Source: Nitrospirota bacterium (GTDB lineage: Bacteria > Nitrospirota > Thermodesulfovibrionia > Thermodesulfovibrionales > SM23-35). Taken from it: a stretch of DNA of 64,000 bases. The stretch lies in the NCBI GenBank assembly GCA_040753615.1, contig JBFMDO010000075.1:308-64307 (forward strand), in the 5' to 3' direction. Position numbers and translations under genes: made by a program. Below the pieces are notes generated by a model that worked only from the letters and a program-made list of their open reading frames with translations, searched no databases and was not told the origin of the DNA. Shown one piece after another: positions 45,594 to 54,108 of the stretch (position 1 is its first letter; each line of letters starts with the position of its first letter).

Positions 45594-45731
45594 TCGCGTC
45601 AAAGGGAAAGCAGATGATATTTTTAAGGGGGTGATATAGAATATCTATAAGTCTATAAGAGGAAAGGTATTTGAAGGATATAGGGTTATTCTCTTGCTCT
45701 GTGATAAAATAGTTTCAAAAGAAGGATTTGT

Positions 45732-46145
45732 ATGTTCAGAGATATAAAAGATACGGAAATATTTACAAGATTGGCAGATTTTTTGGGGGAAACGCCTGAA
45801 GTTTTGCTTGTCTTTCTCTTTGGATCTGCAGCAAGCAGGAAAATGGCAGAAGGAAGCGACATAGATATTGGAATCCTTTTTGAATACAAGCCTGATGTTC
45901 ATGAGATTAATAAGCTTGAAAGTAAATTGAACTCGATATTTAAAAGAGACATTGATATTGCTGTCTTAAATTCTGCTTCGCCTATTTTAAAGATGCAAGT
46001 CTTAAAAAATGGTATTTTGGTTTTTGCAAAAGATAAAAGGATTTATACCCAATTTTATGTGGATGCAATCAATCAATATGATGATTTAAAACAGACGAGG
46101 AAGATATGTGAGGATAATATTCTGAAAGGAAGAATATATGCCTGA
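45732..46145 (+). CDS. Nucleotidyltransferase-domain protein (MNT-type antitoxin family)
   Basis: LFGSAASRKMAEGSDIDIGILF (GS…DxD NTase motif). 137 aa. Confidence 0.85.
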   Translation: MFRDIKDTEIFTRLADFLGETPEVLLVFLFGSAASRKMAEGSDIDIGILFEYKPDVHEINKLESKLNSIFKRDIDIAVLNSASPILKMQVLKNGILVFAKDKRIYTQFYVDAINQYDDLKQTRKICEDNILKGRIYA

Positions 46146-46173
46146 TAAGGATGTTGTTTTTGCAAAGCAGTAG
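46138..46173 (+). pseudogene. 11-codon remnant of the expected HepT/DUF86 partner (MPDKDVVFAKQ*)
   Basis: The ATG overlaps the MNT stop by 8 nt, as is typical of MNT-HepT operons. The N-terminus resembles DUF86 starts. There is a premature TAG and no DUF86-like sequence afterwards. Confidence 0.35.
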
Positions 46174-46325
46174 AGGAAGTATTGGTGGATGTAGGGTTAT
46201 GAAAATGAAGGGTAATTTTATCTCTTTAATCAGTCACGGTATTGAAGCTATTCTTGTACCAAAAAAGGTTATTTTAATAGAAAAGGAGTTAATCAAGTAA
46301 TCATACACCATGTGAGGGGGTAAAA

Positions 46326-48614
46326 ATGTTTACTCGGCAATGGTTATATTTAATTTTTTTTATTTTGCTGATTCTCGCATCCTGTGCCCCGACTCAAGAG
46401 ATTAAAAAAGAGAACCCTGATGTAGCAGTCTCAAAAAAAGAAATTCCAAGAATAGTTGCAATTCTGCCTTTTCAGAATGAAACAGAGGAGTGGGGTATTG
46501 CAAATACGGTCAGAAAGGCGTTTTATAATCATTTCAGTTCTAAGCCATACAGGGATATAGAGCTTTCGGTTGTTGATGAAAAGACAGTCCATCTCGAAAA
46601 ATCTACAGGTAAGACTATTCTTGAATTAAGTCCTGCTGAAATATGTAAGTCAATGGATTGTGAAGGGCTAATCTATGGAAAGGTTACAGATTATAAAAAA
46701 GTTTATGCAGCACTTTATTCTCAACTCAGCATTGAGGCTGAGGTATGGATGGTAAATATAAAAACAGGCAAGGAGGTTTTCAGGATAAAGGATTCTGTAA
46801 AATACCATGAAGGAAGTTTTCCGCTATCCCCTTTAGGAGCAATAATGACTGCGGTGTCTACAGCAATGAATCTCAGGGAGATTCAGCAGGTCAGGCTGAT
46901 TAATGAACTTGCATATAAATTCAATGAAAAGATTCCATCTCCCGAAGGAATTATGGCAAATGATAGACCTTTGATTAAAGAAATCTTAACCAATGTAAAA
47001 GAGGGACCATTTGGCAAAGGGGAACTCATACGAGTTGGCTTGGACGGGGAGCATGGTGCAGTTGCAACTTTTGATATAGGAAATTTCAAAAAAGGCATCC
47101 TAATGAAAGAGGCAGAGTCAGGCATCTATATCGGTGATTATCTTGTAATGCCCGGAGATAATGCATCTGATATGCCTGTTATTGCATATCTGAAAAGACC
47201 AGGAGGGCTTGAAAGCCAGTGGATTGATGTGAGCGGGTTTGTGACAATAGATACAACTCCTCCATCACAGATCAAGAATGTCAGGGCAAAAGGTTTTCAG
47301 GACAGGATAGAGATTTTATGGGATGCAATAAAGGACACGCCTGACCTTAAAGGATATATAGTATTAAGAAGCGAACAGCCATTAAGCGGTTATAGCGAGA
47401 TAGCAAGAGTAGAATTGAATGCATTTGAGGACAGAACTGTACAACCTGACACTGTTTACTTTTACAGGGTCTTAGGGTTTGACCATGCTGAGAATGAATC
47501 AGAAATTCATGATCCTGTAAAGGCATGCCTTATCCCAAAAGAGCCTGTAATTCTTACAGAAAAAATCCAGAAAGATACAGTTCTTTCAGGTGGCACATAT
47601 CTAATCAAAGAAAGTTTAATTATTCCAAAGGGACTTTCCCTAACAATAGACCCGGAAACAAGAATGATGTTTGAGGAAGATTCATCTCTTTATATTTATG
47701 GGAAAATGATTGTTAATGGGAAGGACTCGCCTGTTGAATTTATTCCTTCAGGAGATAAAAAGTGGAAGGGTATAATTGCTGAGGGCGGAAATATAGTGTT
47801 TAACGGTTTTCGTATAAAAGGCGCTCTGACTGCTATGCTCCTGAAGGATACAGAGGGGTTTGTTGAAAACGGGGTAATCACAGGCAATGATCTCGGCATC
47901 TCGATCTCAGGAATACCTTCTGTTACAATTAAAGGCTCCTCGGTTTCAGGAAATAGGACTGGGATAGAACTTCAAAAGACAGATGTTAATATTATTCAGA
48001 ACAATATCTTCCAGAATCTGGATGGTATTATTATCAAAGGCTGTTCAGGAGAAATTAAAGACAATAATATTTTTGATAATAATAGAAATATATCCTCTGA
48101 CACTATCACAAAGATTGGAGCAAATTACATCGGCTCGTTAAACATAGAAGACATGAAGATAAGTGGTATTAATTTAACTAAGATTTACGACAACAAGTTC
48201 CCGGATGGAAAAATAGTAGACCCTGTATCTAATCCCTATGCCGCATTAAGCCATGAAGACCGCCAGCAAAAGGCAACAGAACTTCTTATCGAGGCGGGCA
48301 ATTATTTCAGACAGAGAAATTATGGAAAGGCATCTGCTCTTTTTGAAGAGACTATTAAGGCATCCCCATCTGCTGAGGCATACTACTATCTTGCTGTATG
48401 CTATCAGGAGATGAAGGATGATGAAAAAGCCTTGAGATTTCTCAAAGAGGGCGCTGAAAAATTCTCAAAGGATTCTGCTTTGATAAAGGCTTTAGGACTG
48501 ATGTATTATCAGAAGGGCGATGAAACAGAGGCAAAAAAGGCTTTTGAAGAGGTTATCAGGTTAAATCCTGAAGACAGGCAGGTAAAATTTTTACTCGAAA
48601 GGATAGAAAGGTGA
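46326..48614 (+). CDS. Multidomain lipoprotein: DUF799/GNA1162-like N-domain + FN3-like + right-handed parallel beta-helix + C-terminal TPR
   Basis: Lipobox LASC. PRIVAILPFQNETEEWGIANTVRKAF…GLIYGKVTDY. FN3-like PPSQIKNVRAKG…YFYRV. PbH1-like repeats (NNIFQN, DNNIFDNN). TPR (YYLAVCYQEM…). Confidence 0.7.
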   Translation: MFTRQWLYLIFFILLILASCAPTQEIKKENPDVAVSKKEIPRIVAILPFQNETEEWGIANTVRKAFYNHFSSKPYRDIELSVVDEKTVHLEKSTGKTILELSPAEICKSMDCEGLIYGKVTDYKKVYAALYSQLSIEAEVWMVNIKTGKEVFRIKDSVKYHEGSFPLSPLGAIMTAVSTAMNLREIQQVRLINELAYKFNEKIPSPEGIMANDRPLIKEILTNVKEGPFGKGELIRVGLDGEHGAVATFDIGNFKKGILMKEAESGIYIGDYLVMPGDNASDMPVIAYLKRPGGLESQWIDVSGFVTIDTTPPSQIKNVRAKGFQDRIEILWDAIKDTPDLKGYIVLRSEQPLSGYSEIARVELNAFEDRTVQPDTVYFYRVLGFDHAENESEIHDPVKACLIPKEPVILTEKIQKDTVLSGGTYLIKESLIIPKGLSLTIDPETRMMFEEDSSLYIYGKMIVNGKDSPVEFIPSGDKKWKGIIAEGGNIVFNGFRIKGALTAMLLKDTEGFVENGVITGNDLGISISGIPSVTIKGSSVSGNRTGIELQKTDVNIIQNNIFQNLDGIIIKGCSGEIKDNNIFDNNRNISSDTITKIGANYIGSLNIEDMKISGINLTKIYDNKFPDGKIVDPVSNPYAALSHEDRQQKATELLIEAGNYFRQRNYGKASALFEETIKASPSAEAYYYLAVCYQEMKDDEKALRFLKEGAEKFSKDSALIKALGLMYYQKGDETEAKKAFEEVIRLNPEDRQVKFLLERIER

Positions 48615-48626
48615 GGAGGTTAGGAT

Positions 48627-49694
48627 ATGGCTAAAAATATTATGAAAATGCGGTGGATATTACTCTTATGTGTTTTTTTGTTGTTCTATCCTGTTTCTTC
48701 TGAGGGTGCTGTAAAGGGTATTGGTAAGATAAGTAATCTCAGCGGTAAAGTCTTATACAGGGAAAAATCTGATATCCCTTATCTTGCTGTGCAAAAAGGG
48801 GCAATAATTTCCAAAGGTTACTGGATAAAAACCGGCTCCGATGGCTGGGCTGTGCTTGCATTAAATGACGGAAGCAGCCTTACCCTCGCAAACAATACAG
48901 AGCTTGAGATAACAGAATTAGTTATTGGCAAAAATAAAAAAAGCGGGGTTTTCAGTATGACACAGGGAAAACTCAGGGCATCTGTGGTTAAGCTCGCAGG
49001 TGAAAGGGTGGATTACAAAGTGAAAAGCCCTACAGCAGTAGCAGGGATTAAAGGAACTGAATTTATGATGATGACACAAGGACATGCTAATGTATTTTTC
49101 GGAAACAAGGGAAAGGCAAAGATATCAGGTTATGATACTTCAGAGAAAACTCTGAGTGTTGATACCATGGTTCAAAATACAAGAGGATATTCGCCTACTA
49201 ATCCAGTGAAGATTGAGCCAGATACCCCACTTCACACAGCAAAAAAGAATTTCGAGGAGATAACAGGGATAATGCCTCCAGAGGACTGGGAGCTTTCAGG
49301 TAATCTACCCAACATTATAGCAAGGTGGAACATAAACTATGGGCATTATTTAGCAGATTCAGGAAGATACAATGATGCCCTTTATGTATTTCAGATAGCC
49401 CTTGATTTAACAGCCCTTCCGGAAATAAGGAGTGACGCGCGCCTCGAAAGAGGAGCAGTTTATTCCAGATTTTTGAATAATCCAGAGGCTGCATTGGCTG
49501 AATATCTGCTTATACTCGAGGAATACCCTGTTGTTCCACAGAGGGAAAATGCACTATATCTTACAGGGATGACGCTTTATGAGCTGGGCTTTAAACCTGA
49601 GGCAAAGGAGAGATTATTCCAGTATAAAAGAGAATATCCTTCGGGGAAATATATAGGCAATGTGGAGACTTTATTAAATGTGCTTGAGAGATAA
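48627..49694 (+). CDS. FecR-domain exported protein with C-terminal TPR-like repeats
   Basis: Signal peptide. GKISNLSGKVLYRE…TGSDGWAVLALNDGSSLTLANNTELEI…SPTAVAGIKGTEF. Confidence 0.8.
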   Translation: MAKNIMKMRWILLLCVFLLFYPVSSEGAVKGIGKISNLSGKVLYREKSDIPYLAVQKGAIISKGYWIKTGSDGWAVLALNDGSSLTLANNTELEITELVIGKNKKSGVFSMTQGKLRASVVKLAGERVDYKVKSPTAVAGIKGTEFMMMTQGHANVFFGNKGKAKISGYDTSEKTLSVDTMVQNTRGYSPTNPVKIEPDTPLHTAKKNFEEITGIMPPEDWELSGNLPNIIARWNINYGHYLADSGRYNDALYVFQIALDLTALPEIRSDARLERGAVYSRFLNNPEAALAEYLLILEEYPVVPQRENALYLTGMTLYELGFKPEAKERLFQYKREYPSGKYIGNVETLLNVLER

Positions 49695-49702
49695 TATAAA
49701 TT

Positions 49703-51817
49703 ATGAAAACCCGCCGATTATTTATCCTATCAATAATAGGGATTGTCTCAGCCTTACTGACGATTTTTCTTTATGCAAAGAATTTTGACTCCTTTTATGC
49801 CATTGATTTAAAACTAAGGGATGTAAGGTTCAAGACAAGGGGAGATATAAAACCTGACAGTAGAATTGTTGTTGTTGCAATAGATGCAAAAAGCATTAAT
49901 GAACTCGGAAGATGGCCATGGGACAGAAAAATAATCGCGCACCTAATAGAAACTCTTAAGTCATATGGTGTAAAGACTATCGCCCTTGATATCGTCTTTT
50001 CAGAACCATCCAATTCTGAATCTGATAAAGCCCTTTCAGAGGTTATCAGAAAAAGCGGCAATGTAGTTTCAGGCTATTTTTTTAGACACGAAGAAGAAAG
50101 TAAATCGGATACAGTGACGGAATTGCTCCAGCACTCGAGAATAAAGGTTGTAAGGGTTCAGGAAAATGTTACAGAAGTGCCTGTTTTAACATACCCTAAT
50201 TTGGAGACAAATTTGGCTCTTATCTCAAAGGCATCTGTCAGCTCCGGATTTTTTAATATCATTCCTGACAGAGACGGAATCATAAGGGTATCCAACATGC
50301 TCATGCTTTATGAGGGGGATATATATCCATCTCTTGCCCTTTCTGCTTTACGCCATTATCTTGGAAGCGAGATTATTCTTGATATTGCTTATTATGGAGT
50401 GGATGGACTTATTATTGGAGACAGAAAAATTCCTGTGGATGAATCAGGCAGATTTACTCTTAACTATTATGGCAAACAGGGGACATTTAGAACCATCTCT
50501 GCAGTGGATGTGATAAGAGGCAAAAGCAATAAAGATGCATTAAAAAACACTCTCGTTTTTATAGGAGCTACTGAGATAGGAATTTATGATATGAGGGCTA
50601 CCCCTTTAGACCCTGTGCTCCCTGGTGTTGAAATTCATGCGACAGTTGCATCTAATATATTACAGAATCAATTTCTGATACGAGATGGCCGCGTGCAGAT
50701 GCTTGAAGTTGCTTTTATCATGATATTCCCCGTTTTGCTGTCTGTCCTTTTATGCCTTGTTCGCAGAACAATATATGCACTGATATTGTTTTTAGCTGTT
50801 ATAAATGTATATTTTTATTTTGATTACATCCCCTTTGCCTATTATTTCTTCAATACAAATGTTATCTACCCATTCATCTCTATCGGCATTACTTATGTTG
50901 TCTCTGAGGCTTACAGGAATCTGATAGAAGAAAGACATGGGCGTTTCCTGAAGAAGGCATTTAGTAGTTATGTATCTCCTGAACTCGTGGGTGAAATAAT
51001 AAAAAATCCGAATCTTCTTAAACTCGGCGGTGAAAAAAGAGAAATAACAGTCCTTTTTTTAGATATAAGAGATTTTACTGCTATATCTGAGAAACTTGTT
51101 CCTGAGTCCCTTGTTATGCTCTTAAACCAATTTCTTGGACCTATGACAGATATAATATTGAAGCACAAGGGAACACTTGATAAATATATTGGTGATGCCA
51201 TCATGGCTCTCTATAATGCCCCCCTTAAAGTAGAAGAACATCCATTAATGGCATGTAAAAGCGCTCTCGTAATGAGAGAGAGGCTCAAAGATATTAATAA
51301 AGATTTTAGTAAAAAAGGGTTGCCGGAAATTGACATCGGTATTGGCATAAATACAGGAGATGTTATTGTAGGAAATATGGGAACAGATATAAGGTTTGAT
51401 TATACTGCTATCGGGGATACAGTTAACCTTGCTTCAAGATTAGAAGGCATGAATAAGATATATAAAACACATATTATAGTGAGTGAGTTTACAGTTAGAA
51501 AACTCTCTGAACGCCGTACTATGAACTCCGAACTTAAATTCAGGGAACTCGATCTTATAAGGGTTAAAGGTAAAGAAAAGCCTGTTAAAATTTATGAGAT
51601 GTCTACCTCACTGGATGAGGTATTAATCAAAAAATTTGAAGGAGCTTTGGGTCTTTATAGAAGACAGCAATTCAAAGAAGCAGAGGAAAAATTTAAATGC
51701 CTTTCTGCTGAATATGGGGATAAGCCCTCAGACGTTTTTGCTGAAAGATGTACTGAATTTATAAACAACCCTCCAGAAAAAGAATGGAATGGTGTTTACA
51801 TAGCAAAAATAAAATAA
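49703..51817 (+). CDS. CHASE2-domain class III adenylate/guanylate cyclase
   Basis: N-terminal TM, CHASE2 (VVVAIDAKSINELGRWPWDR), three TM helices, cyclase core (ITVLFLDIRDFT…GDAIMALYNAP…IGINTGDVIVGNMG). Confidence 0.9.
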   Translation: MKTRRLFILSIIGIVSALLTIFLYAKNFDSFYAIDLKLRDVRFKTRGDIKPDSRIVVVAIDAKSINELGRWPWDRKIIAHLIETLKSYGVKTIALDIVFSEPSNSESDKALSEVIRKSGNVVSGYFFRHEEESKSDTVTELLQHSRIKVVRVQENVTEVPVLTYPNLETNLALISKASVSSGFFNIIPDRDGIIRVSNMLMLYEGDIYPSLALSALRHYLGSEIILDIAYYGVDGLIIGDRKIPVDESGRFTLNYYGKQGTFRTISAVDVIRGKSNKDALKNTLVFIGATEIGIYDMRATPLDPVLPGVEIHATVASNILQNQFLIRDGRVQMLEVAFIMIFPVLLSVLLCLVRRTIYALILFLAVINVYFYFDYIPFAYYFFNTNVIYPFISIGITYVVSEAYRNLIEERHGRFLKKAFSSYVSPELVGEIIKNPNLLKLGGEKREITVLFLDIRDFTAISEKLVPESLVMLLNQFLGPMTDIILKHKGTLDKYIGDAIMALYNAPLKVEEHPLMACKSALVMRERLKDINKDFSKKGLPEIDIGIGINTGDVIVGNMGTDIRFDYTAIGDTVNLASRLEGMNKIYKTHIIVSEFTVRKLSERRTMNSELKFRELDLIRVKGKEKPVKIYEMSTSLDEVLIKKFEGALGLYRRQQFKEAEEKFKCLSAEYGDKPSDVFAERCTEFINNPPEKEWNGVYIAKIK

Positions 51818-51836
51818 CTGAAGATTTTAGGATGTC

Positions 51837-52205
51837 CTATTTAGACAGATATTCACTGACTATTTTTAGTAATTCCTGCGTCTGTATCGGTTTTGTGAGA
51901 TAATTACTAGCGCCTATAGCAATCGCCTTTTTTTTATCTTCTTCTGCACCTTCTGTTGTAATCATTATTACAGGGATATTTTTGTAAACAGGGTTGCTCT
52001 TGACAAGGCTCAATAATTTAAGTCCATCCATAACCGGCATATTTATATCCGCTAATATGATATCTATCTTTTCTGAAGACAATTTTTTTAAGGCGTCAAC
52101 ACCGTCATTTGCCTCAATAACCTTTGAATCAGGAATTCTTTTCATGGCAAAACTTATCAATTGTCGCATTGTTGGTGAATCTTCAACAACAAGGATAGTT
52201 GGCAT
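51837..52205 (-). CDS. cheY: CheY-like single-domain response regulator
   Basis: ILVVEDSPTMRQ…ILADINMP…TKP. Last gene of the che-like operon. Confidence 0.9.
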   Translation of the reverse strand: MPTILVVEDSPTMRQLISFAMKRIPDSKVIEANDGVDALKKLSSEKIDIILADINMPVMDGLKLLSLVKSNPVYKNIPVIMITTEGAEEDKKKAIAIGASNYLTKPIQTQELLKIVSEYLSK

Positions 52206-52222
52206 ATTCTCTCCCTTTTATA

Positions 52223-53047
52223 TCACTTTTTTGGCTTTTCCTTAAGAAGATCGAGGAAACTCTGTATGGTAGTAAGTTTCCTCTCAGACTGGGTATACAG
52301 CTTTGATGAAAATATTGCGGTTGCTGCATGACCTGCGAGCAGATTGAAAAGTTCATAATCCACATTAGTAAATCCAGCCTTCTGCACAAAAAGTGAATAT
52401 ATTGAGATAACCCCTATAACATGCTCTTTGATCTTAAGTGGTATGCATACTATAGGATTTTTGGTATCAATAGTCTCAGCATTATACATCATATTCTCTG
52501 AAAAATAGCTCTCTCCTTGCTTTGCCACTATGCCTATCCTGCCCTCACCTGTCTTTACCTTGGGCATATCACTCAAAGACAAACCCTCAGAAGCAGCAGG
52601 CAATAACTCATTCGTCTTTTCATCCATAAGATATAGTGCAAATTTTTCAGCGCCTATTAGATTAATAATTATCTCAAGGACAATCTTTAAAACCTCGTTA
52701 AAATCCAGTGTTGAATGAAGCTGATAGCTGGCAACATACAGATTAGCAAGGTTATTATTCTCTGTTTCTACTTCAATATATTTTGAAGCGAAGTCTTTAT
52801 TTTCATCCTCTACCTTCTTGTACCTTTCCATGAGTGAATTTATTTCATTTTCGAGCGCCTTTATCCTTTCCTCATAGAGTCTATTTTTTTCCTCATTCCC
52901 TGTTTTTTCAAGGGCTCCTTCAAGTTGAGCAACCCTGAATCTAAGCCTCTCATTCTCTTTAATCAGCTCCTTTGTGAACTCCTCTCCTTTCTTAAATACC
53001 TGAAGAAACTCATCTGCCTTTTTTAAAAAACCAGGCTCTCTTTCCAT
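52223..53047 (-). CDS. Coiled-coil + GAF domain protein
   Basis: The first ~100 aa are heptad-rich (LRFRVAQLEGALEK…). The C-terminal half is GAF-like (…FALYLMDEKTNELLP…PLKIKEHVIGVISIY). Confidence 0.75.
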   Translation of the reverse strand: MEREPGFLKKADEFLQVFKKGEEFTKELIKENERLRFRVAQLEGALEKTGNEEKNRLYEERIKALENEINSLMERYKKVEDENKDFASKYIEVETENNNLANLYVASYQLHSTLDFNEVLKIVLEIIINLIGAEKFALYLMDEKTNELLPAASEGLSLSDMPKVKTGEGRIGIVAKQGESYFSENMMYNAETIDTKNPIVCIPLKIKEHVIGVISIYSLFVQKAGFTNVDYELFNLLAGHAATAIFSSKLYTQSERKLTTIQSFLDLLKEKPKK

Positions 53048-54108
53048 TAATCATCTCCTTCTTTTTTTTCTATAACTAATTTTATTATTTCATCAGGTAT
53101 CTCAGAAAGGGGTAAAACCCTACCTGCGGCACCTGCCTTTATCGCTTCTCCGGGCATACCAAAAACAACAGCAGTATCTTCTGATTCTGCTATAGTATAC
53201 CCTCCTTGCTTTTTAATTTCCAGCATCCCTTGAGTCCCGTCGTTTCCCATACCGGTAAGTACAACTCCCATTGTTCTATTTCCAAAAATTTCTGCAGCGG
53301 ATATCATCATCATGTCAACAGAAGGTATATATTTATCTGCATTACTGGATTCTTTAATATTTGTAATTATTTTTCGCCCGGTTTTCCTAAAAGACATGTG
53401 ATGCCCTCCAGGACAGATAAGGACCTTGCCTTTTTCTATCTCATCACCTTCTTCTGCTTCTTTTACATGCAAGTTCGAGATTCCATTAAGTCTTTCTGCA
53501 AACGAGGCAGTAAAACCCCTTGGCATGTGCTGACTTATTACCACACCTGCAGGGAAATCTGATGGGAATCTTGAAAGTATAATCTTAATCGCCGCAGGAC
53601 CCCCTGTTGACGATCCTATAGCTATGGTTTCAATGCCACGTCCTGTCTTTTCTACATTTATTATCTTGGACTGTCCCTCTTCAAGGAGCTCGAGATTTTT
53701 ACTCAACCTATCCAGCCGCAACTGTTTTATTCCTCTTACCTTTTTCAATAAATCATTTTCGAAATTTTGAAGTTCTGAGGCTGCTCGGGGTGGTTTTGCT
53801 ATAAAATCAGCAGCACCGAGTTCAAGCGCTTTAAACACAGTCTTTGAATCAGAATATGAACTTAGAACTATTACAGGTATAGGATTGTTTTTCATCAGCC
53901 ATCTCAGGAAACTAAAACCATCCATCTTTGGCATCATGATGTCCAGTGTGATAAGGTCAGGCTTTAGCCTGATGGTTTTCGACATAGCGTCTATTCCATC
54001 CGTTGAAATTCCAGCGATATCTATATTAGGTTCTTTTTCAAGCGTTTTTCTGACAATCTGTCTGCTATACGCAGAATCATCAACAATAAGAACCCTAACT
54101 TTCGGCAA
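53047..54108 (-). CDS. cheB: Protein-glutamate methylesterase CheB
   Basis: REC (RVLIVDDSAY) plus esterase domain (IGSSTGGP, HMP, TGMGNDG). Confidence 0.95.
   Translation of the reverse strand: MPKVRVLIVDDSAYSRQIVRKTLEKEPNIDIAGISTDGIDAMSKTIRLKPDLITLDIMMPKMDGFSFLRWLMKNNPIPVIVLSSYSDSKTVFKALELGAADFIAKPPRAASELQNFENDLLKKVRGIKQLRLDRLSKNLELLEEGQSKIINVEKTGRGIETIAIGSSTGGPAAIKIILSRFPSDFPAGVVISQHMPRGFTASFAERLNGISNLHVKEAEEGDEIEKGKVLICPGGHHMSFRKTGRKIITNIKESSNADKYIPSVDMMMISAAEIFGNRTMGVVLTGMGNDGTQGMLEIKKQGGYTIAESEDTAVVFGMPGEAIKAGAAGRVLPLSEIPDEIIKLVIEKKEGDD

Noticed and set aside
51818-51836. Looked for a bidirectional terminator in the 19-nt gap between the convergent cyclase and cheY genes
   Set aside because: No stem-loop can be drawn in or around the gap. 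Termination signals, if any, must lie within the coding regions.
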